Notes: generated from the letters alone by a model not told the origin. A DNA stretch of 64,000 nt from Camelus ferus (GCF_009834535.1 NC_045697.1:65908001-65972000); one strand, 5' to 3'; positions 1-13,101 are shown, counted from the stretch's first letter. A program made the numbers and translations.

Positions 1-642
1 GGTCATTCAGTCTCTTTCTAGACTCTTATCCATCCCTGCATGGTTGGAAACCTCTGTTTGATCATGAAAAATATTGTTCCACTAGTTGCATTGATGTACT
101 GGGAATTTTTAAGAAGATCAAAGTATCAATTAGAATATTAACTTTATTTTACTTTTCATTTATTTATTCCCCTCCTCCCCCACAACTTGTACTTCACCCT
201 CAGGAATACAAACTTCAGGCAGTGAAAGGAACTGGAAATGGCATTTCTAGTGGAAGGAGTGAAAATAGGAAAGGAAATTTTATACCTTACCCAGTAATTT
301 TTTTTTAATAAACAATAAAGGAAAAAAAAAAAGCTGCCAGGACTATGTTAGTAAAAGATAAGATAGTAAGGAAATAAAGACTTGGAAAATTAAAGAACAA
401 AAAGTGAATGTCATTTGTAATCATCACAGGCTTAACTTCAATAAAAAAGTGAGTGAGTTATTAATTGGTATCATGTTAATTATGCCAGCATTTGACAGCA
501 GAATGTGAGATGTATCATGGAAAAACCAAAGTTTAATAAACTTCTGTGGTACCTTCATTGCATTTGGACTCAATAGTCTCACCAAAGAGATTATACCAAA
601 GTAATATTTTAAGTGTTCTTTTAAAAACTAGGCATGCAATCT

Positions 643-1117
643 ATTTTTAAATTGAAGTATAGTTGATTTACAATATTGTGTTAATTTCTGGTGTACAGCA
701 TAGTAATTCATTTATACATATATATATTCCTTTACATATTCTTTTTCAATATAGGCCATTACAAGGTATTGAATATAGTTCCCTGTGCTATACAGTACAA
801 ACTTGTTGTTTATCCATTTTATATGTAGAAGTTAGTATCTGCAAATCAAGAACTCCCAGTTTATTCCTCCCCACCTCCTTCCCCCCTGGGTAACCATAAA
901 TTTGTTTTCTATGTCTGTGAGTCTGCCTCTCTTTTGTAAATAAGTTCACTTGTGTCCTTTTTTATTTTTTTAAGATTCCACATATAAGGGATATCATATG
1001 GTATTTTTCTTTCTCCTTCTGGCTTACTTCACTTAGTGTGACAATCTCCAGGTCCATCCATGTTGCTGCAAATGGCATTATTTCATTCTTTTTTTAATGA
1101 CTGAGTAGTATTCCATT

Positions 1118-1203
<86 letters not shown>

Positions 1204-1254
1204 TACAACTTCTTTATCCAGTCATCCTTCGATGGACATTTAGGTTGCTTCCAT
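643..1254 (-). mobile_element. 5'-truncated lineage-specific L1 3' end with TSD
   Basis: Begins ttttaaattgaagtatagttgatttacaatattgtg (reverse of an L1 3' terminus) and runs to ggacatttaggttgcttcca. Flanked by TAGGCATGCAATCT (629-642) and TAGACATGTAATCT (1255-1268). Confidence 0.92.
1119..1203. repeat. compound (TCTA)n(TA)n(CA)n microsatellite inside L1
   Basis: Directly visible tandem units. Confidence 0.97.
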
Positions 1255-2574
1255 TAGACATGTAATCTAAAAGAAAAAAAAGTATGACTATTTTAGTTAA
1301 AAGTGAAAAATTACAACAGGAAGCTTTTCTTTCAGCTCATGTTTCATTTGGATATGAATCATGATCTCTGCCATGATTTCTAGGTCACTAAAATGCATTC
1401 AGAAATATTTCTGTGAATATAGTTCTGAAAAACATGGAGACTGCATCAACATTTTTCGTTAAGTTCTTCACTTCAGTGATTTCCATGGTGACGTCTATAT
1501 CAGTCTATACATAGTGCATATATAAGTAGATTCTTTATATGGCAACCAACTAGCTTATTTTTCACAAAGTTGGACAAGAAAATTTCTATGAATTCTCAGT
1601 AGCTATGGCCTTCTACCAGGGTTCTCACAACCAGCCATAGGACAAACCAATCTTGATTAGATGTAATTTTTGACTGATGACATGTATTAGAATATGGGGC
1701 TAGATCTGTAAAATAACATGATTGTTTTCAAACTCTGTTGGAATGAAATGACATCAGAAAACTTGGTTTGAGCCTGGTCTCCCAGTGCCAAACTGCTTCG
1801 TTTTACTCTGCTTCAAAGTATGGGTCCTAATCTACCTTCTTCTCCCCCAAATGGTCCTACATGTTGCAAATATGTTGGCACAGTTATACTCAGGTCCATA
1901 TCTCGAAACTATAGTAAACTTAAAAATTATGGTAAACATCTGCCCTCAGAGAAAAAGAGGCATTAATAAGTGTACTGATTATGCAGATAATTCTTTCAAT
2001 GATTTATTTCAATAGTAGAAACCTGGCTGTTGTATTGATAATAAAACTACACTCTAATAAGACCATTTTTCTCTTAAGTTCCTATTTTATGTGTATTAGG
2101 GATATAATCCAGCTCTACTATATGAATATGGGCTAAAACATTTAAAAATTAAATCTATACAGGAAACAGAAGATACAGGTTCCAGGGAGAGTGAACATGT
2201 GATATTAAACAAGTTGTTGAACTTCTCTGTGACTTGCTTTTGCATCCAAAAAGTAGAAGGTCGTGCCTGTTCTTCACAGAGGTGCAATTTGGGGAATAAG
2301 AATTAATATTTGCAAAACACAAGTTCTGAGAAAGAACTCATAAGTTCCAGGGTTTGTGATTTATCACATAAAATTGTCAGTACTGCCTACCTAAGTTGGT
2401 TATGTGAAAACTAGAAAAACCCCGAAGTCTGCAAACCAATCACAGAAATTTTGATTTGAAAATTATATAGCTATTAGTGCTGATTTAGAATGTAAAGATA
2501 AAATAAACTATACATTTAAATAAGTTTGATTTAAACTATAAATTCTGGATTAAATCAAATTTCCTGAGATCTAA

Positions 2575-2655
2575 AAATTTACTAAGCACCTACTGCATGC
2601 CAAGGAAGCACTGTTCCTAGCTGTCCTCAGGTAACTGACAGTCTACTAGGAGAAA
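2575..2655 (-). mobile_element. L2 3' end fragment
   Basis: atttactaagcacctactgcatgccaagg...tcctcaggtaactgacagtctac resembles the reverse L2 terminus (tttattgagcacctactatgtgccagg). Confidence 0.6.
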
Positions 2656-4635
2656 TGAGAATATTGAATCCTTCAAGAGAGTGGAAGTCATCTGAGCAAT
2701 TAAATTCACAAATAAAACAGAAATCCCCAGCTTTGGCTGTCATGAAAAGAAAGATAAAATAATGCCTATCACAATTGGTATTGGATATGGGTTAGAATAA
2801 TTTTCAAGTGTTAAATTTTGGAACAGAAGCTATGTTTTTTAAGTTAATCTCCCAGAAGTTAGACACAGTGCAGAAACACTCAGTTGACAGATTCAGATAA
2901 GAGATTACATTCTACTTAACATATTTTCAAATGATATTTAAAATGACTATCCTGTCAACTTTGCTCATTGTTAGGGTAGCTGATAACTGTTCACAGAGAA
3001 GGAAAAAAGAAGAAAGAAGCTCTCCTTTCCCATTTATTTATTAGAGTTTAAGACTGCACTTGAATAACCATCACTCACTGGCTGGAACACTGCCATGAAG
3101 TACAAATGTTGACAAATAAATGAGGGTAAAAACCCAGACAATGACAACAAAACAATGTTAGCATTTCCTTTTTCATTCAGTTGTAATTTTGGCATTGTTG
3201 CTTATTTAATTCTTGGAAAACTGGGGCAAGATTTATGACTACCAAACAATCTACATGGTCTAGCAATTAACCTGAAATTTTACATTACTCTCAGTTTTAA
3301 TTATTCTCTTAAAATTGAACATATTACAACTATTTTGATTTTGAGATTGAATCAGTTGGGCAGTAGGTAAATGTATGTAAAACTCTAACGTTGATACAAA
3401 TAAATCCTGTTCTTGGCCTTCAAATGGTGAATTGTGAGTAAATGGCAATAACTAGCACAAACTCAATCTTATAATGGTTTTCTGGTAAAATATTTCATTA
3501 CATATTTCACCCATGTTACACCACTTGTTTACACGAATAAAGCTCACACGTGCTAGAGAATAATAATTATATTATCTATTGATATTTTAATCACTCTGCT
3601 TATCTTTCCCATGCCCTCTTCTCCTCCCCATCTTTAGGGACTGTGTTTTAGAGCAGTGAAAGGGTTAGCTGAGTGCCAGATAATGTTCTGGTCTATTACA
3701 ACTAAACAGTTCTTGCTTAGCTCACCAAGAGCGTTGGGTTGTGGTCAAATCATGTATAGTCAATTCACCTAATATTTCTCTTCCCTGATGTAAGTTAACA
3801 TCTATCTGTTGGAAGCAAAGTGGAAACTTGCCTGTGTTCTCAGCTATTCGGAAACTTCACTATGAAAGTTTCACAATAACTTAGTTTTAATTCTTTAAAT
3901 TGTGTATACGATAACATTAGAGTTGAGAAACATTTTTTAACCCTGATAAATTTCAGGGATGACTTTATGACAGTTACATAAATGAGTATATTATGAAAAT
4001 TAAAAAAAACCCCTCTTAATTGTAAAGAGATTCCATGTATTTTTCTTTAAAGAGTCTGATGAGGTATGGCTCCCTGGTTTCATTAGAAAGGGGAGTGGGA
4101 ATCAAAGGAGCTTGACAGTTGGTTGATGTGTGTGCCGAGCTACTAAATCATTGCATTCATGCTAAGACCTCCTATGTGCTCCCATTAAATCCCATTCAGC
4201 TCATGAAGTAATATATGTACTGTAGCCTATGGCTGGGTTATCGCTGGGTTTTTTTTTTTTCTCCCCTGTTAAATTCTCACAAACTCAAGTCCTCTAGGCT
4301 TTCCTTTTAAAGTTTTATATTTACTATGGTTAGATCTCAAAAAACAAAAGTTGAGAAAAAAGGAAAGCCGTAAAAATACATTTACAGTGTGACATCATAC
4401 TATATATATATTTTTAATGTAAAATTATATTTTAAAACACACACCAAACTCAGGATAATAGTTGCCTCTGGGAAGATTCAAGGGTAATAGGAGTGAGGAC
4501 TTGAACTTCATCTATAAAACGCTGCTGCTGTTGTTTTTGAGGCATGAAATCTCTGTTGATTTGGGAAGAGAGTGAGGTATTACAGTATTCTTTGAGTTTC
4601 TCGGCATTCTTTGAAATATCATGAATAAATGGCGT

Positions 4636-4880
4636 GACAGAGTAGTGGTAAATACACAGGGTCTGGAGAGAGACTGCCTGCATTTAAATCTGCTCCGTAC
4701 TACATGACCAGGGGAAAGTCACTTAACCTTCCAATGCCTCAGTTTCCTAATTAGTAAAACGGTGTTAATAATAAGTAGTACCCACCTTTTTGGCTAGTTG
4801 AGAGACGTAGATGAGGGAATGTGTGAAAAGTGCTTAGAATAGTTCTTAGAACATAGTAAGTATTCCGTAAATTAATTACT
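4636..4880 (+). mobile_element. MIR SINE, near full length
   Basis: Core gggaaagtcacttaaccttccaatgcctcagtttcct and tail aaagtgcttagaatagtt...acatagtaagt. Confidence 0.9.
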
Positions 4881-7009
4881 AATTAATTTTTTAATATCTC
4901 AAAATTTTTTCTATAGGCTTATCTTTTTTAATTAAAAGAACTTTTATGAAACATACTTATTACTGGATAAATATAGAAACAATGTGCATATAAAACAATT
5001 ATAAATGTGTTTAATTATTTAATCAAGCTGCAGTAAAATATTTCCCTACTTCACTCCAAGTATTAAGAGGCCACTTCCTTCCACCTCGCTATTCTGCCTC
5101 TCATTCTCTAGGATTCTCAGTAATTCAACTGTCTGATCTTTCTCTCTTCTATTTTTTACAGCATCAATCTTCTTATTTCTGAATGTACAAAGTACAACCC
5201 AAATAGTTCTGAACACAAACACAGCAAGTATGCATTTCTTCTTTTGGCGACAGTAGCTTTAGTAGTAACTGAAAGGCAGGATAGATAATGTGACACGCGC
5301 TTTACTTTCAGCCGACTTGTTAATATCAGCTCTGAATTTTTCATGATGGCTTCGGTAACCTGTAGCCTGGAGCTGAAGCTCTGGGGGTTTCCACCACAAA
5401 GAAGTGGATCAGCTGAGCTCTCACTTCCCATCTGGCACTGGGTGACAGGAACAGTCAGGGGGGCTGCAGGAAACCTGAAGAAGAAGAAAGCTGATGTGGG
5501 ACACTCATTGTAGTGCAGCAAAGGCTAAACATGTGCTGTTGTATGGATGTATCTCTGAGACACTTGTTTATCACTGGCTTCAGAATCTACTTAGCCAGTG
5601 TGTTTAACGTTAGAGTCACCAGAACAGCTGCCGCTCGTGTAAGTAATACCCTCATACACGGCGGCATCCTGATTTGCCAAACCAGATTCAGGACCTCTCG
5701 GCAGTGAATGTTTCATGCTGCCTGGCATGCTTCTTATTTACCCACACAGGCAGGCGTCCACGTGCAGGCACATACACAGACCACACGATCGAGATTCCGA
5801 GCTGTTTGAAATTGTAAACCATTTTCGTTCCATCACAAAGGTAACAAAATGATCTCAAAGTTCTCACAGAAGCTGTATTTTATGTCTGAAAGTCAAAAAA
5901 ACAGAAGGTTGTTTGAAAGGGATGGGAGACTCAAATATATTCATATGTGAGAAGTCAAAAACAGTAAAAAAAATTTTTTTTAAACAAAATTTGAGCATTT
6001 ACCCTTCTTGAGTCTTATGGTGGTTCTATCATATTTATTGAAATACATAGTTTCCCTCTTATATTTAGGAAATTGGATCCCGATATACTTGATTTTATTT
6101 TAAAAAACTATAACAATTGAGATTTGCTCTGCATTTCTTAGAATGCAGGAGTATTTACAAGCACAATAGGAGCAAGGTATTCTCTTAATTGCAGTATTCT
6201 TTGGCCACATCCCTTTGTTTCTGTTCTATCAAGAGAGAAGTTAAATAAATAATGCTTAGTTTGTACAGGGAAACAAATTGTAGAGCTCGTAATACTCCAG
6301 CCTTGAATAAGAAACAATGAAAAAGAATAAATATATATGTTGCTAGTATGAGTTTTTAAAATTTTTCATCAGCAGAAAGAACCAGATCAACTTTTTGAAG
6401 TAATTCTCACTTTTATTTTCTTCTTATGTTTCACTATCTTCAGTCTGCCACTCCCATATTTCTCTAACTTATAGATGCATTTCACTGTTGCTTTTAAGTG
6501 TGTGAAGGGTGTCATTTTAAAAAGCTGATTAACATTTACTAGTGTTTTCACCTCTTCAAGAAGGTTGACTTTCAATATTCAAATTGTATTAAGATAGTAT
6601 AAAAAAGTATACATTTATAGATAAGTGTTAGTAACTAGAAAGTTGTACAGATTTATTACAAGGAAACAGTTAAAATATTAAGCAAATAACTTCATCTACA
6701 ATTATAAACTCAATACATTTTGATGACATCCTCCAACTATAGAATGACTTTGTTGAAACCTACATAGGAGTGTCCTCATGTTTAGCTGTGCACAGTCCAG
6801 CATGTTCACAATCTTGTAAAGGATTAGGATTGATAATTCAGTAAGTTGAAGAGTTTCTCACTCTGTTTTTAAAATTATTTTACTGCAAAGGAATAATAAA
6901 GGTTTTAATAACTGAAGCCAACCTACGTTTTGTATAGCAGATGGAGAACTGAAGATTATAATTTTAGCTCTTGAACAAGAATTAGACTCTTTTGACCATT
7001 ATCCCTACC

Positions 7010-7561
7010 TGTTCAGTTGTGTTTACTAAATAACAAATTACTTCCAAGCTTAGTGGCTTAAAACATCCATTTTATTTTGCTCATGACTTTGTGGGTCAAA
7101 AATTCTGGAAGGGTTTGGCTGCTCAGTTCTCATTGGGGTCTCCCATGTGGTTGCAACCAGAGGCAGGTAGGGCTGAAGTTCTCAAAGTTCACCTGGTCTG
7201 GACATCCAAGATGGCTCACTCTTGTGACTGGCTCTTGATGCTGGCTGACAAACGGGATCTCAGTTGCACTGTCGACCAGAACACCTGTGCAAGGTCTCTT
7301 GAGCATGGTATTGGCTTTCTTACAGCACGGAGGCCCGAGGATAGTTGGGTTTCTTACATGGCAGCTCACAGTTCCAAACATAAGTGTTCCAAGGACAAAG
7401 TTAAAAGCTGCCTTGGAATTCACAAAACAGCACTTCTGCTGAATCGTACTGGTTATGAGTGAGTCTCTAAGGCCAGCCCAGATTCGGGGGAGGGGACAGA
7501 ATGGCCACTTCTTGATGGGAAGATTGCAAAAGATTTGTGGACATATTTTAAAATTATCACG
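7010..7561 (-). mobile_element. MaLR solo LTR (MLT1G/H-like)
   Basis: taacaaattacttccaagcttagtggcttaaaaca...ttgctcatga, then ccaagatggctcactc and ggccagcccagattc...cttcttgatggga, all reverse-strand MLT1 hallmarks. Confidence 0.85.
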
Positions 7562-7700
7562 CTGCCCTCTTTATGATAGCAGTAGATAGATCATTTGAAA
7601 GACAACATGGAAGTCCTAGGCCTTTTCACCATGAGCTCGATGAAGGACTATCATTTTAATCAATGTAGAGCTCAGATCACCTCAAATACCTTGTAGTATC

Positions 7701-8211
7701 TACGACAGTTTGCATTTTCCAAAAATGACCATAACAGTATTTCTAGTCTCACCTGCTCTTTCAGAATCCTGCCACCTCCCCATCGAGAGGTAGAATCTCT
7801 TCCGCGTTGCCGTGAAATCAGACAGGCCTTTGAAATGATGGCCTTGACAAATAGAGCACAGAAAAGTGACACTGCATGATTTCCAAGACTAGGTTCACAA
7901 AAGATGCTTTGGTTTCTACCTGAGATTCTCTCTTGGGAATGCTCACCCTTGGAACCCAGTCACCATAGCGTGAGGAAGCCCAAACTATTTGTGGAGACAT
8001 GTCAAGATGCTCCAGTTGAGAGCCTTAGCTAAGGTCTCAGAGTCAACTGTAAGCCTTCAGATGACTCCAACCCCAGCCTTTGAGCCACTCTAGCTGATGC
8101 TGAGTGCAACAGAGATAAAGCTATTTCTGCCAAGCCTTTCCCCAATTGGGATCCATGGGTAAATTAATGTTTTGGAGTGATTTGTTATACAGCGATAGAT
8201 AACCAGAAACA
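7701..8211 (+). mobile_element. MaLR solo LTR (MLT1F/H-like)
   Basis: agtgacactgcatgatttccaagactagg and ggaacccagtcaccatagcgtgaggaagccca; ends gttttggagtgatttgttatacagcgatagataaccagaaaca. Confidence 0.88.
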
Positions 8212-8556
8212 GTGACTTCTAACCTGCAAGGCAGTATTGCATTTGAAACAACAAAAGAACTATCTAATTTGCAAATCAATCTTTGCTCTCAAGAGTAAAG
8301 CAGAAAATGCATTTCAAATATTTTTTTGGAGTCAACAGAAATAAAGGCAGAATGGAATGGTTATCAATTTATAGATTCCCCAGGCTAGTCTTCAATTACT
8401 GAAGAAATCTAGTGTGGTGAATTTAGTAGTTTTCAAGCTCTATGACACCACCAATAGATTTTTAGAGCAGATTAATCAGAAATATGCTGTTACACACCCA
8501 GTTAACCTGAGAGAAAGTTCTTTCCTTTGAGGAATTGTGTATACGTGATGCAGCTA

Positions 8557-8707
8557 CAGATAAACATTTATTGAGTTCTTATTAGGTTCCAGGCACTGTT
8601 CTATGTGCTGGGAATACAGCAGTGAACAGAAAAGTTGTTAATCTTCTCATGGAGTTTATATTCTAGGAAATTAGTAGAGATAAACAAAAAGTGGACACAT
8701 ACAGAAG

Positions 8708-8761
<54 letters not shown>

Positions 8762-9585
8762 GTAGATATAGTATCAGTTGGTGATAAACGGAGGAAAATT
8801 CAAGAGAAGGAAGATAGCAAGCCCAAGGATGGACAGAAGGAGATAATCACATCTGGGGTGGGCAGGGAAAGCCTTGCTGTGATGTTGAGATTTCAATAAA
8901 AACCTGAAGGGAACAACAGAAGTTATCTGGGAAAGGATGTTCCAGGGAACAGAAGGAGTGCCAGCATGGTGGTATAGTCGTGTAGAAGCAAGAAGGCCAG
9001 GTTGTTGGGGCCTAACCAGAGGAGGCCGCTGTGGGAAATAAAGGAAGGAGAGAAGGAACCAGACTATCTAGGGCCTTCTCAGAAATTATAAAATTTACTG
9101 TGCATGAGAAATTAATCTCTGGGAAAGGTTTGAACAAAAGGATGACATGATATAATCTGGATTTAAAAGGAGTCTTTGGGCTGCTGGAATGAGATTTTAC
9201 AGTAGGGTCAAGAGTGGGCTAATCAGGCAGATGAAAATAGTGACTGGAACCAAGATGATAATGATGGAGTGGTAAACGGGTGATTAAATTAGAATCCATT
9301 TTAATGATAGAAAGCCAATAGATTTACTGATGGAATGAATTGGATATGAGTTTGAGACAAGAAAAGAATTCAGGGATGACTCAAGATGTTTTCGAGTGAG
9401 CTGCTAGAATGATGAAGATGTTATTTATTCATACGGTGAATACTGTGGGAGAAGATGCTTTGGTGGGCAGATCAGGAACTCTTTGGACATATTAAGTTCG
9501 AAATGTTTACTAGACATCCAGTTAAATAATAACTACTACAGTCTGAAGGTTAGTAGAAACATGGAATTATCAGTTTGGGAGTTTT
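8557..9585 (-). mobile_element. L2 (L2a-like) 3' region, about 1 kb
   Basis: aaacatttattgagttcttattaggttccaggcactgttctatgtgctgggaatacagcagtgaaca; internal tttggacatattaagttcgaaatgtttactagacatccag. Confidence 0.9.
8708..8770. repeat. (GATA)n microsatellite
   Basis: Directly visible. Confidence 0.97.
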
Positions 9586-12500
9586 CAGTGTTTTGATGTT
9601 TCATCAGCTGGAAAAGTCCATCAAGGCATCTTCTGCTTTTTATGGGACCTGATGTAAACAGTCATAAAGGGCAGGCCAACACTAATTCTGATCCACTATT
9701 TCATAGATTAGATATACCTGGAAAAGAACTCCTTATTCTCATGAAGGATTAAGAGATAGTAAAACTGACTTATTAATACTGATTTTTTCTTTGAATTTGA
9801 ACTCCACAGCACAGTCTACTTAGAAAACAGCATCTGTAGCTAGTATTTTCTTTGCCTGAATGTATTCACAATGTAGTGTTGCGGAAACAGTAAATTATTG
9901 TTAATACAATTCAGTTGAAGAAAATCTTGCTTGAATATAGTTTGTATCTATAACTCTCAAAGTATTTCTCTTGGTAAATGCTGTTATCTACCACAAATAA
10001 CACGCCCTGACAGAAAGAAAGAAAGCAGAAATTGCACAGTCTTGCAGATAGCCAGTGAATTTGCATATTTGCGTATATTTAAATATAACACATTATAATC
10101 AGAAATATCACCAGTTTGGCCCGATGCTTGAGTCACCTTCAACTTGCACACACAAGTGCAAATGTTGCTATCTGGGCCACATTTCATTCCTAGACTCAAC
10201 AGTGCAAATTAAGCCAGATGGCCTAATGTAAATTAACTGAGTGCGCAATCCACAGAAACACAGGGTTAAAAGTCACTTTATGACGGAACATCGGCATAGG
10301 AATTATGTATCAGAAACATTTACAAAGAGGCTGACTGTCAAAGAGTTTTAAGAGATGGGAATTGTCAGATCAGTCTCCTGACTGCTTTCCAACCCGTGAA
10401 AAAAGTGCAAGTGGAAGGACAGTATTTCAAAACTCTATGGAGCTAAAATATCACACTTTTTTAAAGAACCTTTGCTGCTTATTATATATGTTCTTGTAGT
10501 TTTTTCACTGTGTTTGCAAAGTTTTTCAAAGAAAGGGTTGCTAAACCTCAGGACAGGGGGTGAGGGGAGGGGAGAGGTGCCCACAGACAAATCAAGGTCA
10601 TCATTAACATTTAACACCCTGAGAGAAAGACTGAGATTCACCTATTCACCCTTCCCTCTCCATTTAGCCCTGGTGGAGCTCAAGAGGGCAATGAATTAAA
10701 TTTATTCCAGGCAGCCTGTGGTTTTAGCTCCCATGAGTGACAGACTGGTGTTGGAAGCAGCTATGAAAGAGTATGCCAATCTGAGCCTGCACTCCATCGA
10801 CAAGAGGAAAATGAATGAAAGTTAAACACATAGAAATTTAAAGCCAGCAAGTTTCTGGTCGTGTGAATAAAAAGTTTAAGGTTAAAATACAAATTTGTAT
10901 ACTCTTATCTGCAAATTTCAAATCTGTGAACTTACAAAAATATTTGAAATTTTGTTGTCCCAAGTTTATAAGGAATACTTTGGTAGAAAGCTCATAAGCA
11001 TGTGTTTATTTTGTCATGCATAGCACAAAGCCATGTTATAATTCTATTTAATTATGGCATGGCTTTGTACAAAAAATGCCACAGCATTATAATTAAAGCC
11101 ACCAGATGTCACTGTTACGGATTATATTGTCATGTGCTAATCTGAAAATATGTGAACTTTTCATTACTCAGCTTGAAGAAATTCTGGGTTATTAATTTTA
11201 CCATCAAAGAAATATTGCACTTGGGCTTTCTTGTAGGGATTTTTTTTTTTCCCGTGGGTCTTAACTTCTCTGTAATTCTTTCTGGTTATTTTTACAGTGG
11301 CTCTAAACTTAATTAGGGAATAGGAAAGATTTTCCCACCAGGAAGATTTAGTATACACGAGTCGCTGTCAGAAGTCTTCCTTTGAAAGAACTTACGTACA
11401 AACAGGACAACTTCTTATCTCCTCAAAAAACTTGAAAAAGGTGGATTGGTTTGAAGGTGGACCGGTAATTTCCCAGTCCTCTGATTCTTTGATTTCAGTA
11501 GGATCAAATATTCAGTGTAGAGTTGGGCTTGGAGCTCTTTCTGCTTTAGCCTCTATTTTGAAAACTAGTTCTTCCTTACAGTGTGTCGTGGAGAGGTTCC
11601 ATTCCCCACGATGATTACTGTTAACACAGGCTAGATCAACGACAGTTGATACAATTTGAGCAAAATTTTTTCTGTTCTATGTATCTTATATACAGGCTGT
11701 GTTTCCCTGTAAACAGTAACCTCATGTAGACAAAGTTCCTATCTATTTAGTCTAAGTGAAACAAGGGATTTAATAATAAGAACATCGGTCTAGGAAGCTG
11801 ATTAATGAGACAGATTTGGAGTACACTAGAGTTTGGGATACCTAGTAATTCATATCCTAGAGGGGAGATTTTATACCATTTACAAATAGAGGTTTATTTA
11901 ATGATGTGATCGTGATATATGTTGAACCCAAGTTGGCTGATTAAAAAAAGGATCTCTTAAGAGTTCAGATGCAGTACCATTTTAAGGAACTGTTTTTTTT
12001 TGTTTTGTTTTGTTTTGTTTTTGTTTTTGCTTTTAAGAGGGGACCATGCATGGTAGATGGAAAAGGATTTTTTTATGTCTTTATAAATATTAGTTAAGTC
12101 CCACTAAATTTATGTTGATATGTTGTCATAGGTCAGCAAAATCTACATAAAAAAGGAAAGAAAAAAATCCAGGAAAGTTTTGAGAAGTGAAAATGCCCTA
12201 TCTGACATAGGAGCAAGTAGTAACAGCCACAAACCTGTCTGTGTACTTATGCCATTGTGGAATGTGGTTCAACATATGGAGAGCTTGGCCCTTTTGCTGT
12301 CAGCCCAGGGCAAGGGATGAATTACCCAGGTAAAATCAGGTTCCTTCTTCAATAGATGCAAAATATTTTCCCCATGAGATGTCTAACAGTTTAGGCAAAA
12401 AGCCGTTGTGCAAAAAAGTAAGAAACTAGCCTTACGTTGTTATATATAATTTTAAAATAAGTTTTAATGGTAGTTTAAAAAAAAACACAGGGGCAGACTG

Positions 12501-13101
12501 ATATGATTTTCTTAGAAACATTATCATGAAGGGTGTCGGTAAAAATCTCCCATTCTAGTCTGCTTTATTGGAAGAAACAAAGGCAGTAGAGAAAGGGAAG
12601 AATCCACCATTCAGAGTTTACCTTTTTTTTTTTTTTTTTTTGCTTTTCTGTAAAATCTTCTAGTTCCAAGTCAGTTATATTATATTTCCCAAACAATTAT
12701 TTTAAAAATTCAGTAATCAAGAACTAGACTAGATTAAAATTATGGACCTATTTCTATTTCCGTGGACTTCCAATCTTTTCATCGTGGGAGGGAGGAAGCA
12801 GGGAGAGCAGTACTATTCAATCTGAAAAAGGACAAATGTCTCTGTTCTCCACTTGTATTTCCCACTGTCCTCTTGGTTGTTGCTGTTGTTTTGTTCAGGA
12901 CCTAGTCTTGGTGATACTGATTGTGACAAATTAGGGAAATTTGTCAGAACAGAACACTTTACAGGCTTAGAAATTCAGCTGAAATACTTCCCAGATTAAC
13001 ATCTGCTTGGTCTTAGAAGATAAGGTTGTATGCAGGGAGTAAAGAGAATGTCACTTTATAGCCAACGCCTTTCCATTTTTAAGTCTATTCAAGAAATAGA
13101 T

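Noticed and set aside
11512..11514. In-frame TGA in candidate exon B as a selenocysteine codon
   Set aside because: I saw no SECIS element, no redox motif context and no evidence that the frame is translated.
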